From NCBI GenBank assembly GCA_000505065.1, contig AWSN01000001.1:196567-260566 (forward strand): a stretch of 64,000 nt of DNA, written 5' to 3'. How positions within the stretch are numbered: position 1 is the stretch's first letter; each line of letters starts with the position of its first letter. The DNA is from Parcubacteria bacterium RAAC4_OD1_1. Its GTDB lineage: Bacteria; Patescibacteriota; Minisyncoccia; Phycocordibacterales; UBA9973. The translations under genes and the position numbers were made by a program. This document shows positions 19,024-28,755 of the stretch, one piece after another. Under the pieces are notes generated by a model, which was not told the DNA's origin, made no database searches, and saw only the letters and a list, made by a program, of their open reading frames with translations.

Positions 19024-20151
19024 CTACTCTTCGTGAGTTAATGCAATTTCTATGGCTTCCTTTGCTATCATAAGAGATGCATCAGGATTAGAAAAAGCTA
19101 AAGCTTTATTTTTCATTTCTTCTAATTTTTTTGTATCATTTAAAAGTCTATCAATTTCAGATATAAGAACATGCGGAGTTAAATTTTCTTCTTCAATAAC
19201 TTTAGAGGCACCAGTTCGAGCATAATTATACGCATTTTTCTTTTGATGATTTCCATTTGATTTAGTTATTGGTATAAGAATAGAAGGTATCCCCCATGAT
19301 GCAATTTCAAATATTGCCGAGCCTGCTCTAGAAATAATCAATTTTGATACACCAGCTGACATTTTTGTAGTATTTATATTTAGAAATGCTATAGGCACAT
19401 ATCTTTCTATGTATGGATTATTTTCCATTATAAGCTTTGCACGAGAAGAAACATCGATGATATTATTAGGTCCTGTTTGATGAATAATTTGGTATTTATT
19501 TAGAAGTTGAGGTAATGAATCTAATATTATATCATTAATCTTTTCTGCTCCTTGTGATCCACCTATAACGAGTATGGTGGGGATACTAGGAGATAGTTTG
19601 AAATATTCAAAAGCTCCATTCTGATCCCCTTTTAGTATCTCTTTTCTGATTGGTTGGCCAGTAAGTGCAGTTTTATCTTTAGGTAAATATTCAACAGCTT
19701 CAGGCCAAGAGACCGCTACTCTTCTTGCAAATTTAGAAGCCCATAGATTTGCTTTACCTGGGTAAGAATCTGATTCGTGTACAATAATAGGTATTCTTAA
19801 AATTATTGCCGACAAAACTGCAGGAAAAGAAGCATAACCTCCTTTTGATATAACTACATCAGGATAAATTTTAAACATTTTTAAAAATCCTTTATACACA
19901 CCAGAAATAGTTTTAAAAATATCCGAAATATTCTTAAAAGAAAAATACAATCTTATTTTACCAGTTTCCACTTTTATGAATTCTATCTTATTGTCAAATA
20001 GTGCACGTTCATCATACGGAGCATCAGACATATAATAAATTTTTAAATTTGCAATTTTTTCTTGATCTCCAACCTCATTTAATTTTTGTGCTATTGCAAT
20101 TAATGGGTAGAAATGTCCACCCGTCCCCCCACCTGTTAACATTATTTTCAT
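19024..20151 (-). CDS. murG: UDP-GlcNAc--MurNAc-pentapeptide-undecaprenol GlcNAc transferase
   Basis: MKIMLTGGGTGGHFYP.. N-terminus. Start chosen at ATG 20151; an upstream TTG at 20187 is possible. Confidence 0.8.
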   Translation of the reverse strand: MKIMLTGGGTGGHFYPLIAIAQKLNEVGDQEKIANLKIYYMSDAPYDERALFDNKIEFIKVETGKIRLYFSFKNISDIFKTISGVYKGFLKMFKIYPDVVISKGGYASFPAVLSAIILRIPIIVHESDSYPGKANLWASKFARRVAVSWPEAVEYLPKDKTALTGQPIRKEILKGDQNGAFEYFKLSPSIPTILVIGGSQGAEKINDIILDSLPQLLNKYQIIHQTGPNNIIDVSSRAKLIMENNPYIERYVPIAFLNINTTKMSAGVSKLIISRAGSAIFEIASWGIPSILIPITKSNGNHQKKNAYNYARTGASKVIEEENLTPHVLISEIDRLLNDTKKLEEMKNKALAFSNPDASLMIAKEAIEIALTHEE

Positions 20152-20190
20152 ATCAGTATTATATACTAATTTATATAAATTTTCCAAGAA

Positions 20191-20226
20191 AAAAGGCCGA
20201 CACGTGTGACGACGGCCAGCCTTTTG
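20191..20226 (-). terminator. GC-rich rho-independent terminator after ftsW
   Basis: Minus strand reads GGCTGGCCGTCGTCACACGTGTCGGCC followed by TTTTTT. Atypically GC-rich for this genome. Confidence 0.55.
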
Positions 20227-20344
20227 TAATCAGTTGAGTTGTATTCGGACGCTTAATATTGAATACTTTTCTCAACTGATTTATTATTTTATGATGAACT
20301 ATTATTAATTATATTATATCATATATAAATTTAAAAGTCAATAA

Positions 20345-21451
20345 CTAATTTATTTTTTTTCTAAATCTTGAAATATTGAGCACTATCCCCACCATACCCA
20401 AAGAAAGTAATAATGCCGTTCCCCCGTGTGAAATAAAGACCAATGGTACACCTGTCAACGGGAAAACTCCTATAATAGAAGCAATATTCATAAAAGATTG
20501 AAATGTTATTATTGTTATAATTCCTATTACTAAAAGTTTACTAAATGAATCTGGCGAAGAAGTAGCTATTCGATAACCTCTTAATGCAAAAGCAACATAA
20601 AGAAGAATAACAACAAAAGCTCCCATAAATCCAAGCTCTTCTCCTATAACAGCAAAAATAGAATCCCCCTGAGGCTCTGGTAAATAAACGAATTTTTGTA
20701 TACTTTGCCCTAATCCCCTACCCGAAATTCCTCCTGAACCAATAGCGATAAGAGATTGGCGCAATTGATAAGAAGCACCACTTATATCATGGTTCGGATT
20801 TATAAAAGTAGTCACTCTTTCCATAAGGTATGGTTTGAAAAATATTAAAATTCCAAAACCTATTAAAAATATAAAAGAAAGCCCTATGATGTATTTCCAT
20901 GGAAGCCCAGAAACAAAAAGCATTACCATCGCCGTTGAAGCTATAAGAATAAGACTTTTTGTATCTGGTTGATTAAGTAAAAGAGCTCCAATAATTCCAA
21001 GTAAAATAATGAGTGGTAAAATACTATATCTAAGGTCAGTAACTTTATTTTTTACCCAAGATATCCATGATGCAAAATAAATAATAAATCCAATTTTTAA
21101 AAATTCAACTGGTTGAAAAGAATATCCTAATATATCTACCCATCTTTTTGCTCCTCCGTGAGATTGCCCAAGACTAGGAATAAAAACTAAAGCTGTCAAA
21201 ATTATAGAAATTATAAATATTGGAAGAGAATATTGTTTCCAAAATTTATAAGGTATTCGTAATGCTACATATAAAGCTAAAAGTCCACCTAAAAGTCCAA
21301 AAATAAATTGACCAGATAAAACACTATAAAATTTGGAAACATTTTTAGCAAGTATACCCAAAGAGGCTGAGGTAAACATTATTACTCCCGTAAAAACAAG
21401 ACAACATACAATTATAAAAAATATTTTATCTATTTTTTCTCTTTTGTTCAT
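20345..21451 (-). CDS. ftsW: FtsW/RodA (SEDS) family peptidoglycan polymerase
   Basis: 10-TM protein with conserved SEDS motifs, in a dcw-cluster context (mraY-ftsW-murG). Confidence 0.8.
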   Translation of the reverse strand: MNKREKIDKIFFIIVCCLVFTGVIMFTSASLGILAKNVSKFYSVLSGQFIFGLLGGLLALYVALRIPYKFWKQYSLPIFIISIILTALVFIPSLGQSHGGAKRWVDILGYSFQPVEFLKIGFIIYFASWISWVKNKVTDLRYSILPLIILLGIIGALLLNQPDTKSLILIASTAMVMLFVSGLPWKYIIGLSFIFLIGFGILIFFKPYLMERVTTFINPNHDISGASYQLRQSLIAIGSGGISGRGLGQSIQKFVYLPEPQGDSIFAVIGEELGFMGAFVVILLYVAFALRGYRIATSSPDSFSKLLVIGIITIITFQSFMNIASIIGVFPLTGVPLVFISHGGTALLLSLGMVGIVLNISRFRKKIN

Positions 21452-21458
21452 AAATGAT

Positions 21459-22517
21459 TTAACTTATTAATGAAAGTATAACACCAAGAGATGAAGCCAT
21501 TATAGAAATAATCCAATATCTCATTGTCACTTTATATTTGGACCATCCAATAGCTTCAAAATGATGATGGAGTGGAGCTAGACGAAAAACTTTTTTACCA
21601 TTTCGTATTTTTTTTGAAGCCATTTGAATCATAACAGAAACAGAGGTTGCAAAAAGAGGTAATGCGATCAAAGGTAAAAGTATCACTGTGTCGGTAAGAA
21701 ATGCAATAACAGAAAGTGTAACGGTAAGTCCTATCATACCTGTTTCCCCCATATAAAATCTTGCAGGAGGTATGTTAAACCACAAGAAAGCAAGTATCCC
21801 CCCAGCGATAACAGCAGAAAATGCAGACAAATCTATTTGATTATTAAAAAGAGCAATAAGTGAATAAGCTCCAAAAATAGATGCGAGTACTCCACCTGAA
21901 AGTCCATCTACTCCATCAATAACAGAAGAAGACCATACTGATAGAACCATAAAAATAAAAAATGGAATAAAAATAAAACCTAAATGAAAATATCCATACC
22001 AAGGGATATAGACACTATTTATTCCAAGTTTAAAATAAAACCATAAAGAAATAAGGAGACCTATAAAAATAATAATACTTATTTTAATAAATCGAAGAAC
22101 TATTGGGTCTGTCGTCCACTTACCACGACCAAATATTTGAATAAAATCATCACTAAGCCCAATAAGTGAAGCAATAATAAAAGTAAAAAGTGGTATTAGC
22201 GTTTGATTTCTACTTATAAAATATAATTTATTTGTAATATTATTACCTAAAATTGTATCTAGTATGAATAATATAAAAATAGACACAATAACAGCCATAA
22301 GAATTATAATACCTCCTGTTCTTGGGGTTGACATTTCAGCTTTTTCATCATGCACACGAGAAAATTCTTGTACTTTGTCTTTTGGAATATTTTCATTTCG
22401 AGGAACCTTTCTCCACATTTTATATTTGAAAAAGAAATGAGTTGCAAGTGGAGTAATTAAAATCCCAATAATAAAACTAAGTATTGCTGGTAAAAATATT
22501 TTTATAAAATTAGCCAT
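21459..22517 (-). CDS. mraY: Phospho-N-acetylmuramoyl-pentapeptide transferase
   Basis: Polytopic membrane protein with MraY motifs (DDxxD-like GLSDDFIQIF, VIDGVDGL). Confidence 0.85.
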   Translation of the reverse strand: MANFIKIFLPAILSFIIGILITPLATHFFFKYKMWRKVPRNENIPKDKVQEFSRVHDEKAEMSTPRTGGIIILMAVIVSIFILFILDTILGNNITNKLYFISRNQTLIPLFTFIIASLIGLSDDFIQIFGRGKWTTDPIVLRFIKISIIIFIGLLISLWFYFKLGINSVYIPWYGYFHLGFIFIPFFIFMVLSVWSSSVIDGVDGLSGGVLASIFGAYSLIALFNNQIDLSAFSAVIAGGILAFLWFNIPPARFYMGETGMIGLTVTLSVIAFLTDTVILLPLIALPLFATSVSVMIQMASKKIRNGKKVFRLAPLHHHFEAIGWSKYKVTMRYWIISIMASSLGVILSLIS

Positions 22518-23055
22518 TATTTTTGTCTTCTTTTAGAACTTCTAGTAATTCTTCGACTACTTTTTCGTAATTAGGTAATTCTTCTATTTTAGATACCCCC
22601 ATATAAGATAATAAATCAAAAGTTGGTTTATAGATTGTACGCCTGTTATCATTTATATCAACACCTCTTTCTACAAGACCACGAACTTGCAAATTTCTAA
22701 GTATGAAACTTGAGTTTACTCCTCTTATGTAGTCTATCTCACTTCTTGTCACTCCATTTTTATACAAAACAATAGAAAGTGTTTCAAGGGAAGCCTTCGA
22801 AAGTTCTTTATTTAATTCTTCTTTCCTTATTGATTCAATAAATGGGGTCATTTCGCTATTTATACCTAAGTATACTTCATCATCTTTCTTCATAAGTACT
22901 AATCCGCGAGATGAAAGTGATGTTTTTAAATTATCTATAGATTCTCTTACTTCATTTTCACTTACTTTTAATAACTCTCCAATTTTTGAAATTGAAATAT
23001 TCTCACCTTTGTAAAAAAGCAACCCCTCTATTTTTGATTCTAAATTTAAAGACAT
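22510..23055 (-). CDS. scpB: Segregation and condensation protein B
   Basis: ScpB wHTH repeats (LEGLLFYKGENISI...). Adjacent to scpA. Confidence 0.75.
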   Translation of the reverse strand: MSLNLESKIEGLLFYKGENISISKIGELLKVSENEVRESIDNLKTSLSSRGLVLMKKDDEVYLGINSEMTPFIESIRKEELNKELSKASLETLSIVLYKNGVTRSEIDYIRGVNSSFILRNLQVRGLVERGVDINDNRRTIYKPTFDLLSYMGVSKIEELPNYEKVVEELLEVLKEDKNNG

Positions 23056-23073
23056 AATTTTATTTATTACCTT

Positions 23074-23850
23074 TTAATTATTTTTCGACTCCAAATTATT
23101 TTCTTTTAAAGAATTAATCTCTATATCAGTAAAATTACCGTTTTGCATAACTTCGATAATACCCTCTCTTACCAATTCTAGCATAGCAAGGAAGGACACA
23201 ATAACATTTACTTTTATTTCTTCTTTATTATTAGAATCTCTACTTTTTACAAAATCTTTAAAAGATAAATTTATCGCTTTTTCTATTCTCTCTGTAAGGC
23301 TATTTATGATTTCTTCTATATTAATAACCTTTTTTATACTTATTTCAGGTGATTCTTTTTCTTTTTTAGGAATAGAATTTATAACTTTAGATACCAAAGA
23401 CAACATACTATCCTTGGTAATGTTTTTATCTGGAGAAAATATCGGATCATCCCAAGTTTTAGACATAGGAGTAAAAATAATTTCTATTCCAAAATTATTT
23501 TTTATATCAATACTTGCATTTTTGACTATTTGATAAATTTTTAATCTTTTTTCTAAATCAATAATTTTTTTATTTTCTTCTTCTGTAAGATTTATGTTTG
23601 GAAGTAAAGATTTTGATTTAATAAGTATAAGTGTTGCTGCAATAAGTATGAAATATGAAGCATCAGAAATCTTTTCACTTTCGGGTCTATTTTTGAAAGA
23701 TTTAATATACTCTATGTAATCATTTGTAACTTGAGCTAAAGATATTTCATTTATAAAAAGTTTTCTTGCTTCTATTAAACCCAAAAGAACATCTAAAGGG
23801 CCTTCAAAAACCCCTTGACTTATTCTGTATTGTGATACAGTTTCTTCCAT
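23074..23850 (-). CDS. scpA: Segregation and condensation protein A
   Basis: FEGPLDVLLGLIEARKLFINEISLAQVT is the ScpA N-terminal motif. Confidence 0.75.
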   Translation of the reverse strand: MEETVSQYRISQGVFEGPLDVLLGLIEARKLFINEISLAQVTNDYIEYIKSFKNRPESEKISDASYFILIAATLILIKSKSLLPNINLTEEENKKIIDLEKRLKIYQIVKNASIDIKNNFGIEIIFTPMSKTWDDPIFSPDKNITKDSMLSLVSKVINSIPKKEKESPEISIKKVINIEEIINSLTERIEKAINLSFKDFVKSRDSNNKEEIKVNVIVSFLAMLELVREGIIEVMQNGNFTDIEINSLKENNLESKNN

Positions 23851-23854
23851 AGTT

Positions 23855-25276
23855 TTATTCTTTTTTAGTAAAACTTATACTAAGTTCTTTTAATTGTTTA
23901 GAAGAAACAGGAGATGGAGAATCCATCATTAAGTCTTTACCCTCACCTGTTTTAGGGAATGCTATAACTTCACGAATATTTGGTTCGTTCTCTAAAAGCA
24001 TAACTAATCTATCAAAACCCCAAGCAATACCCCCATGAGGAGGGGTTCCTACTTGAAAAGCGTTTAGCATATGACCAAAATTTTTATCAATATCTTCATC
24101 TTTATGTCCAATAATATTTAAAACTTTTCTTAATGTTTCAGCTTCGTGAGCTCTAATACTTCCTCCTCCTATTTCATACCCATTTAGAACAATATCGTAT
24201 TGAGATGTTAATACTTCTCCTATCTTTTCATTTTTCATCATTTGTTCTTTATGTTTTTTGATAGGTTCAGAAAATGGGTTGTGGGTAAATGTCCATTCAC
24301 CTTCTGTATTTGGATTATCTGATTTGTCTGTTCTCTCAAAAAATGGAAAATCTATTACCCAACAAAAAGCTAAAAGATTTGGATCTTCTTTATTCTCTCT
24401 TAAATCCGGTCTATCATTACCATATTTTTCTATTGCATCCTTATAAGAGATTCTAGGAAAAGGAATCTGTTGTATTTTTTTATCTGGATAAAGTTTCATC
24501 ACAAGTTCTATAAGTAATCTCTCATTGACATCCATAACATCTTCTCTTTCTACAAAACTCATTTCCATATCTATTTGTGTAAATTCAGGCTGGCGGTCAC
24601 CTCTTGTGTCTTCATCTCTCATACAACGAGCCACTTGGAAGTATCTCTCCATACCTCCTGCCATAAGAAGTTGTTTATATTGTTGTGGTGATTGAGGAAG
24701 AGCATAAAAATTTCCAGGATATAGTCTAGAAGGGACAATATAATCACGAGCTCCTTCTGGAGTAGATTTTGTCAAAATTGGAGTTTCGATTTCAATAAAA
24801 TTTTCTTTATCTAAAAAGTCTCTGACAAATTTCGCCATTTTATGTCTATTTCTAATATTTTTTTGCATTCTTGGACGTCTTAAATCTAAATATCTGTATT
24901 TTAATCTGTTGTCTTCTCCTATTTCTTTTCCATCACTAGTTACATCAAATGGCGGAGTAATAGATTTATTCAATACTTCTATTTCCATTATTTCAAGCTC
25001 TATATCACCATTTAGAATACCTTCTTTAATATTTCTTTCTGGTCTTTTATTTACTTTTCCTTTTACACTGACCACAAATTCATTTCTTAATGTTTTACCA
25101 ATTTCTAATGTTTCTACATAGTTGGGTAAAATAACACCTTGAATAATTCCAGTCATATCTCTAAAATCCAAGAAAATCATTTTTCCTTGATCGCGACGGA
25201 CATCTACCCATCCAGAAATAAAAACTTCACCTCCCACAAAATCTTTCAAATCTTTTATATAAATACGTTTTGACAT
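23855..25276 (-). CDS. aspS: Aspartyl-tRNA synthetase, short form lacking GAD insertion (likely non-discriminating)
   Basis: Class II motifs, including CMRDEDTRGDRQPEFTQIDMEMSF (compare AspRS FRDEDLRADRQPEFTQ). 473 aa. gatB present in the window. Confidence 0.8.
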   Translation of the reverse strand: MSKRIYIKDLKDFVGGEVFISGWVDVRRDQGKMIFLDFRDMTGIIQGVILPNYVETLEIGKTLRNEFVVSVKGKVNKRPERNIKEGILNGDIELEIMEIEVLNKSITPPFDVTSDGKEIGEDNRLKYRYLDLRRPRMQKNIRNRHKMAKFVRDFLDKENFIEIETPILTKSTPEGARDYIVPSRLYPGNFYALPQSPQQYKQLLMAGGMERYFQVARCMRDEDTRGDRQPEFTQIDMEMSFVEREDVMDVNERLLIELVMKLYPDKKIQQIPFPRISYKDAIEKYGNDRPDLRENKEDPNLLAFCWVIDFPFFERTDKSDNPNTEGEWTFTHNPFSEPIKKHKEQMMKNEKIGEVLTSQYDIVLNGYEIGGGSIRAHEAETLRKVLNIIGHKDEDIDKNFGHMLNAFQVGTPPHGGIAWGFDRLVMLLENEPNIREVIAFPKTGEGKDLMMDSPSPVSSKQLKELSISFTKKE

Positions 25277-25306
25277 AAAGATATCTTTTAATTAATTAAT
25301 AAATTA

Positions 25307-25519
25307 TTAATGTGCTAATTTTGCTAATTTATCACAAGGCCACCCAAAAATGAAAGTCAAAGCTACTAATATCCAGTAAAATGGAGCGAAAGCAAAATAG
25401 ATAACTTTATCTTCTTTCCACATTGGTAAATACCACTTTTGAACTCTAACATAAAGTAAATTAAGTGGAACTGCAATTATATTTAAAATTATAATAATTA
25501 ATGATGCTATGTATTTCAT
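25307..25519 (-). CDS. Small hypothetical membrane protein (70 aa)
   Basis: Two predicted TM helices. The stop overlaps the trpS start by 4 nt. Confidence 0.35.
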   Translation of the reverse strand: MKYIASLIIIILNIIAVPLNLLYVRVQKWYLPMWKEDKVIYFAFAPFYWILVALTFIFGWPCDKLAKLAH

Positions 25520-26490
25520 ATATTTACTCCTATTTTATTTCTGATAATATCCATTTTTTGAGTTATACCATTTTTAACAAAAGAAGCCCCTTCTTTCAAA
25601 ATATTTATTACTTCATCTTTATGGTTTTCATAATATATCCTTTTTTCTCTCATTGGTGATATAAAATTTATAATTTCATTTATAAGCATTTCTTTAGATT
25701 CTTTATATGAAAGTCCACCATCTTTATATCTTTTTTTCAAAGATAATAATTCTTCTCCTTTTAAGAATAATTTATGTAAAGTAAAAATATTACATTCTTC
25801 AGGGTCTTTAGGATCTTCTGGTCTTTTTGAATCAGTGACAATACTCATTACAGCTTTTTTAATTTCTTCATCTGTTCCAAAAAGTGGAATTGTATTTTTA
25901 TAACTTTTACTCATTTTTCTACCATCTATTCCAGGAACAATTGCAACTTCTTTAAGTATTAAAGCTTCTGGGAGTTTAAAAGTTTCTCCATAAATGTTGT
26001 TAAACTTTATTGCTATATCTCTGGCGTATTCTAAATGTTGTCTTTGGTCTTGGCCGACTGGGACTATATCTGCATCTTGTATTAGAATATCTGAAGCCAT
26101 AAGTACAGGGTAATCGAAAAGGCCAACATTTATTTCCTTTGCTTTTTGATATGCATCTTTATAAGCTGTAGCTCTTTCTAGAAATGGCATAGTTATTATA
26201 CAATTAAAATACCAGGTAAGCTCTGTGACTGAAGGTATGTCTGATTGTTTAAAAAGATGAACATTTTTAGGATCAAGACCACAAGCTAAATAGTCCATAG
26301 CAACATTTAAAATATTATTTGAAAGTTCTTTTTTGTTCTGAATAGTAGTCATTGCATGAAAATCTGCAATAAATATAAAAGCTTCATATGAATCTTGTAA
26401 ATCAACAAATTGCTTTATTGCTCCAAAATAGTTTCCTATATGGATAGTTCCTGAGGGTTGTATCCCTGATAATAATCTCTTTTTAGTCAT
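25516..26490 (-). CDS. trpS: Tryptophanyl-tRNA synthetase
   Basis: SGIQPSGTIHIGNYFGA (HIGH-like region) and KMSKS. 324 aa. Confidence 0.85.
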   Translation of the reverse strand: MTKKRLLSGIQPSGTIHIGNYFGAIKQFVDLQDSYEAFIFIADFHAMTTIQNKKELSNNILNVAMDYLACGLDPKNVHLFKQSDIPSVTELTWYFNCIITMPFLERATAYKDAYQKAKEINVGLFDYPVLMASDILIQDADIVPVGQDQRQHLEYARDIAIKFNNIYGETFKLPEALILKEVAIVPGIDGRKMSKSYKNTIPLFGTDEEIKKAVMSIVTDSKRPEDPKDPEECNIFTLHKLFLKGEELLSLKKRYKDGGLSYKESKEMLINEIINFISPMREKRIYYENHKDEVINILKEGASFVKNGITQKMDIIRNKIGVNI

Positions 26491-26527
26491 ATATCATATA
26501 ATACCAAAATATAAAAAGTTTTGCACA

Positions 26528-26618
26528 TTTTATCCCCACACCTATTTTATAAAAATGACTAATATATAAGATTTAAATGAAAAACATAAAATGGGTGTAG
26601 GGATTTATCCCCCATTTT
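26528..26618. promoter_or_regulatory. Inverted/direct repeats with DnaA-box-like TTATCCCCA motifs upstream of dnaB
   Basis: ATCCCCACACCTATTTTAT and its near-perfect inverse ATAAAATGGGTGTAGGGAT (17/19). A third TTTATCCCCCATTTTATA follows. Confidence 0.35.
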
Positions 26619-26633
26619 ATACAGAAATTCTGT

Positions 26634-26662
26634 TTGATACTAATCCTTGAACCTGATACAAT
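26634..26662 (+). promoter_or_regulatory. Sigma70-like promoter for dnaB
   Basis: TTGATA-N17-TACAAT. GGTGAG Shine-Dalgarno 6 nt before the ATG at 26674. Confidence 0.5.
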
Positions 26663-26673
26663 GGTGAGACATT

Positions 26674-28065
26674 ATGGCAAATAAAAATAATAACCTAAGA
26701 ATACCTCCACAAAACATAGATGCAGAAATGGCCGTGCTTGGATCTATTATGATTCGTCCAGGAGCAATATATGAAATAAACGACATAATAACTAAAGATT
26801 CTTTTTATGTCTCTAAACACAGAGAAATTTATAATATAATGCTTGAGCTTTCAAGTAAGGGTGAACCTATTGATATATTGTCTATATCTCATAAATTAGA
26901 AGAAAAAGGTATGCTTGAATCAATGGGTGGTAGTACTTACCTTACAGAGCTCACTAATGCAGTTCCCGCTTCAACATCTATTAAGTATTATGCTGAAATC
27001 GTAAACAAGAAACATTTACTTAGAAAAATAATCGAAGCCGGGAATGATATTTCTGAATTAGGTTTCAGAGAAGAAACTGAAGATGTTCTAGAGATTCTAG
27101 ACCAAGCTGAAAAAAGAATGATGGGTATAAATAATACCTCAGGTGGGCATATATTTGTATCTATGAAAGATAGCCTTCCTGAAGCTTGGGAGAGATTAGA
27201 AAAATTACATGAAAAGAAAGGAGAGCTTCGTGGTGTTTCCACTGGGTTCCATGACCTTGATCAATACCTTTCAGGTCTTCAAAAATCTGACCTAATAATT
27301 TTAGCCGCTCGTCCATCTGTTGGTAAAACCACTTTTGCCCTAGACATAGCAAGGCAAGCAGCTCTTCGCCATAATACTCCAACTGTGATATTTTCTCTTG
27401 AAATGAGTACTCAACAATTAGTAGATAGGATGCTTGCTGCTGAATCTCATGTAAATGCATGGAATCTTAGAACTGGAAATCTTTCTCAAGAAAATGAATT
27501 TGCAAAAATAAGAGATTCTTTAGATAGGTTATCCAAAGCACCTATCTTTATAGATGATCTAGCTGGTAATTCTATTGTCCGAATGAGATCTGTTTGTAGA
27601 AGAATAAAAGCAAATCATGGTATAGGTCTAATTATTGTGGACTATTTACAACTTATGTCTACTTCAAAAAATTATGACAATATGGTGAATCAAGTAACTG
27701 AGATATCTAGATCATTAAAAGGTTTAGCTAAAGAGTTTAATGTTCCTGTTATTGCACTTTCTCAGCTTTCTCGTGCTGTGGAGTCTCGTGGAGGTAAACC
27801 AAGACTTTCTGATCTTCGTGATTCTGGGTCTATCGAACAAGACGCGGACATTGTGATGTTTATACATAGAGAAGATAAAGGTAAAGATGAATCAGAAAAA
27901 ACAAATATTGCTGAAATTTTAATAGAAAAGCATAGAAATGGACCTGTAGGAAAGATTGATTTATATTTTGACGAAAAATCTACTACTTTTATGTCTATTG
28001 ATAAAAATTCTTCTTCTGGATTTGATAATATCGGAGGTGGAAGTAGCTCATTTGAAGAATTTTAG
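26674..28065 (+). CDS. dnaB: Replicative DNA helicase DnaB
   Basis: DnaB N-terminal domain, Walker A GKTTFAL, Walker B IIVDYLQLM. Confidence 0.9.
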   Translation: MANKNNNLRIPPQNIDAEMAVLGSIMIRPGAIYEINDIITKDSFYVSKHREIYNIMLELSSKGEPIDILSISHKLEEKGMLESMGGSTYLTELTNAVPASTSIKYYAEIVNKKHLLRKIIEAGNDISELGFREETEDVLEILDQAEKRMMGINNTSGGHIFVSMKDSLPEAWERLEKLHEKKGELRGVSTGFHDLDQYLSGLQKSDLIILAARPSVGKTTFALDIARQAALRHNTPTVIFSLEMSTQQLVDRMLAAESHVNAWNLRTGNLSQENEFAKIRDSLDRLSKAPIFIDDLAGNSIVRMRSVCRRIKANHGIGLIIVDYLQLMSTSKNYDNMVNQVTEISRSLKGLAKEFNVPVIALSQLSRAVESRGGKPRLSDLRDSGSIEQDADIVMFIHREDKGKDESEKTNIAEILIEKHRNGPVGKIDLYFDEKSTTFMSIDKNSSSGFDNIGGGSSSFEEF

Positions 28066-28075
28066 GGTAATATTT

Positions 28076-28690
28076 ATGGATAATATAGAAAAATTAACTC
28101 AAAAATTTAAAGAATTCCCAGGTATAGGAGAAAGACAAGCTAAAAGATTTGTGTATTTTTTGCTTCATAAAAATCCATCTTATGTAAAAGAATTAGGAGA
28201 TGAAATACTTTCTATAAAAAATAAAATCAAACAGTGTCCATCTTGTTATTTATTTTTTCAAAATGATAATTTTGATTTATGTGAAGTTTGTTCTTCGTCA
28301 AAAACTGATAAAACTTCCCTTCTTATTATCGAAAAAGATGCAGATATGGAGTCTATTAAGAAAAGTAAAACTTACAATGGAATGTATTTTATATTGGGAG
28401 GGCTTGTGCCTATCGTCACCAAAGATACTCCAACCTTTATAAGAATTAAAGAATTATTGAAAACAGTAGAAGAGAAAATAAAAAAAGATAATTTAAAAGA
28501 AATTGTAATTGCATTATCACTAAATCCCCAAGGGGAACATACAGATATGTATTTAAGAGAAATGTTATCTCCAATAATAAATAAATATCAAATAAAAATA
28601 GTTTCTTTAGGACGCGGACTCTCTACTGGTACAGAGCTTGAATATTCTGATTCTGAAACTATAAAGAATGCATTTAAGAATCGATCATAA
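28076..28690 (+). CDS. recR: Recombination protein RecR
   Basis: MDNIEKLTQKFKEFPGIGERQAKRF (HhH), C4 zinc finger CPSCYLF..CEVC, Toprim domain. ATG at 28076 inside the longer track ORF. Confidence 0.85.
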   Translation: MDNIEKLTQKFKEFPGIGERQAKRFVYFLLHKNPSYVKELGDEILSIKNKIKQCPSCYLFFQNDNFDLCEVCSSSKTDKTSLLIIEKDADMESIKKSKTYNGMYFILGGLVPIVTKDTPTFIRIKELLKTVEEKIKKDNLKEIVIALSLNPQGEHTDMYLREMLSPIINKYQIKIVSLGRGLSTGTELEYSDSETIKNAFKNRS

Positions 28691-28706
28691 TAATATAAAA
28701 ACAAAT

Positions 28707-28737
28707 CAGTCCTAAGCAAGACTTAGGACTGATTTTG
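28707..28737. terminator. Bidirectional rho-independent terminator
   Basis: AATCAGTCCTAAG-CAAGA-CTTAGGACTGATT, a 13-bp perfect stem flanked by T-runs on both strands. Lies between convergent recR and the NHL gene. Confidence 0.7.
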
Positions 28738-28755
28738 ACTCTCTTGGTTTTATTT

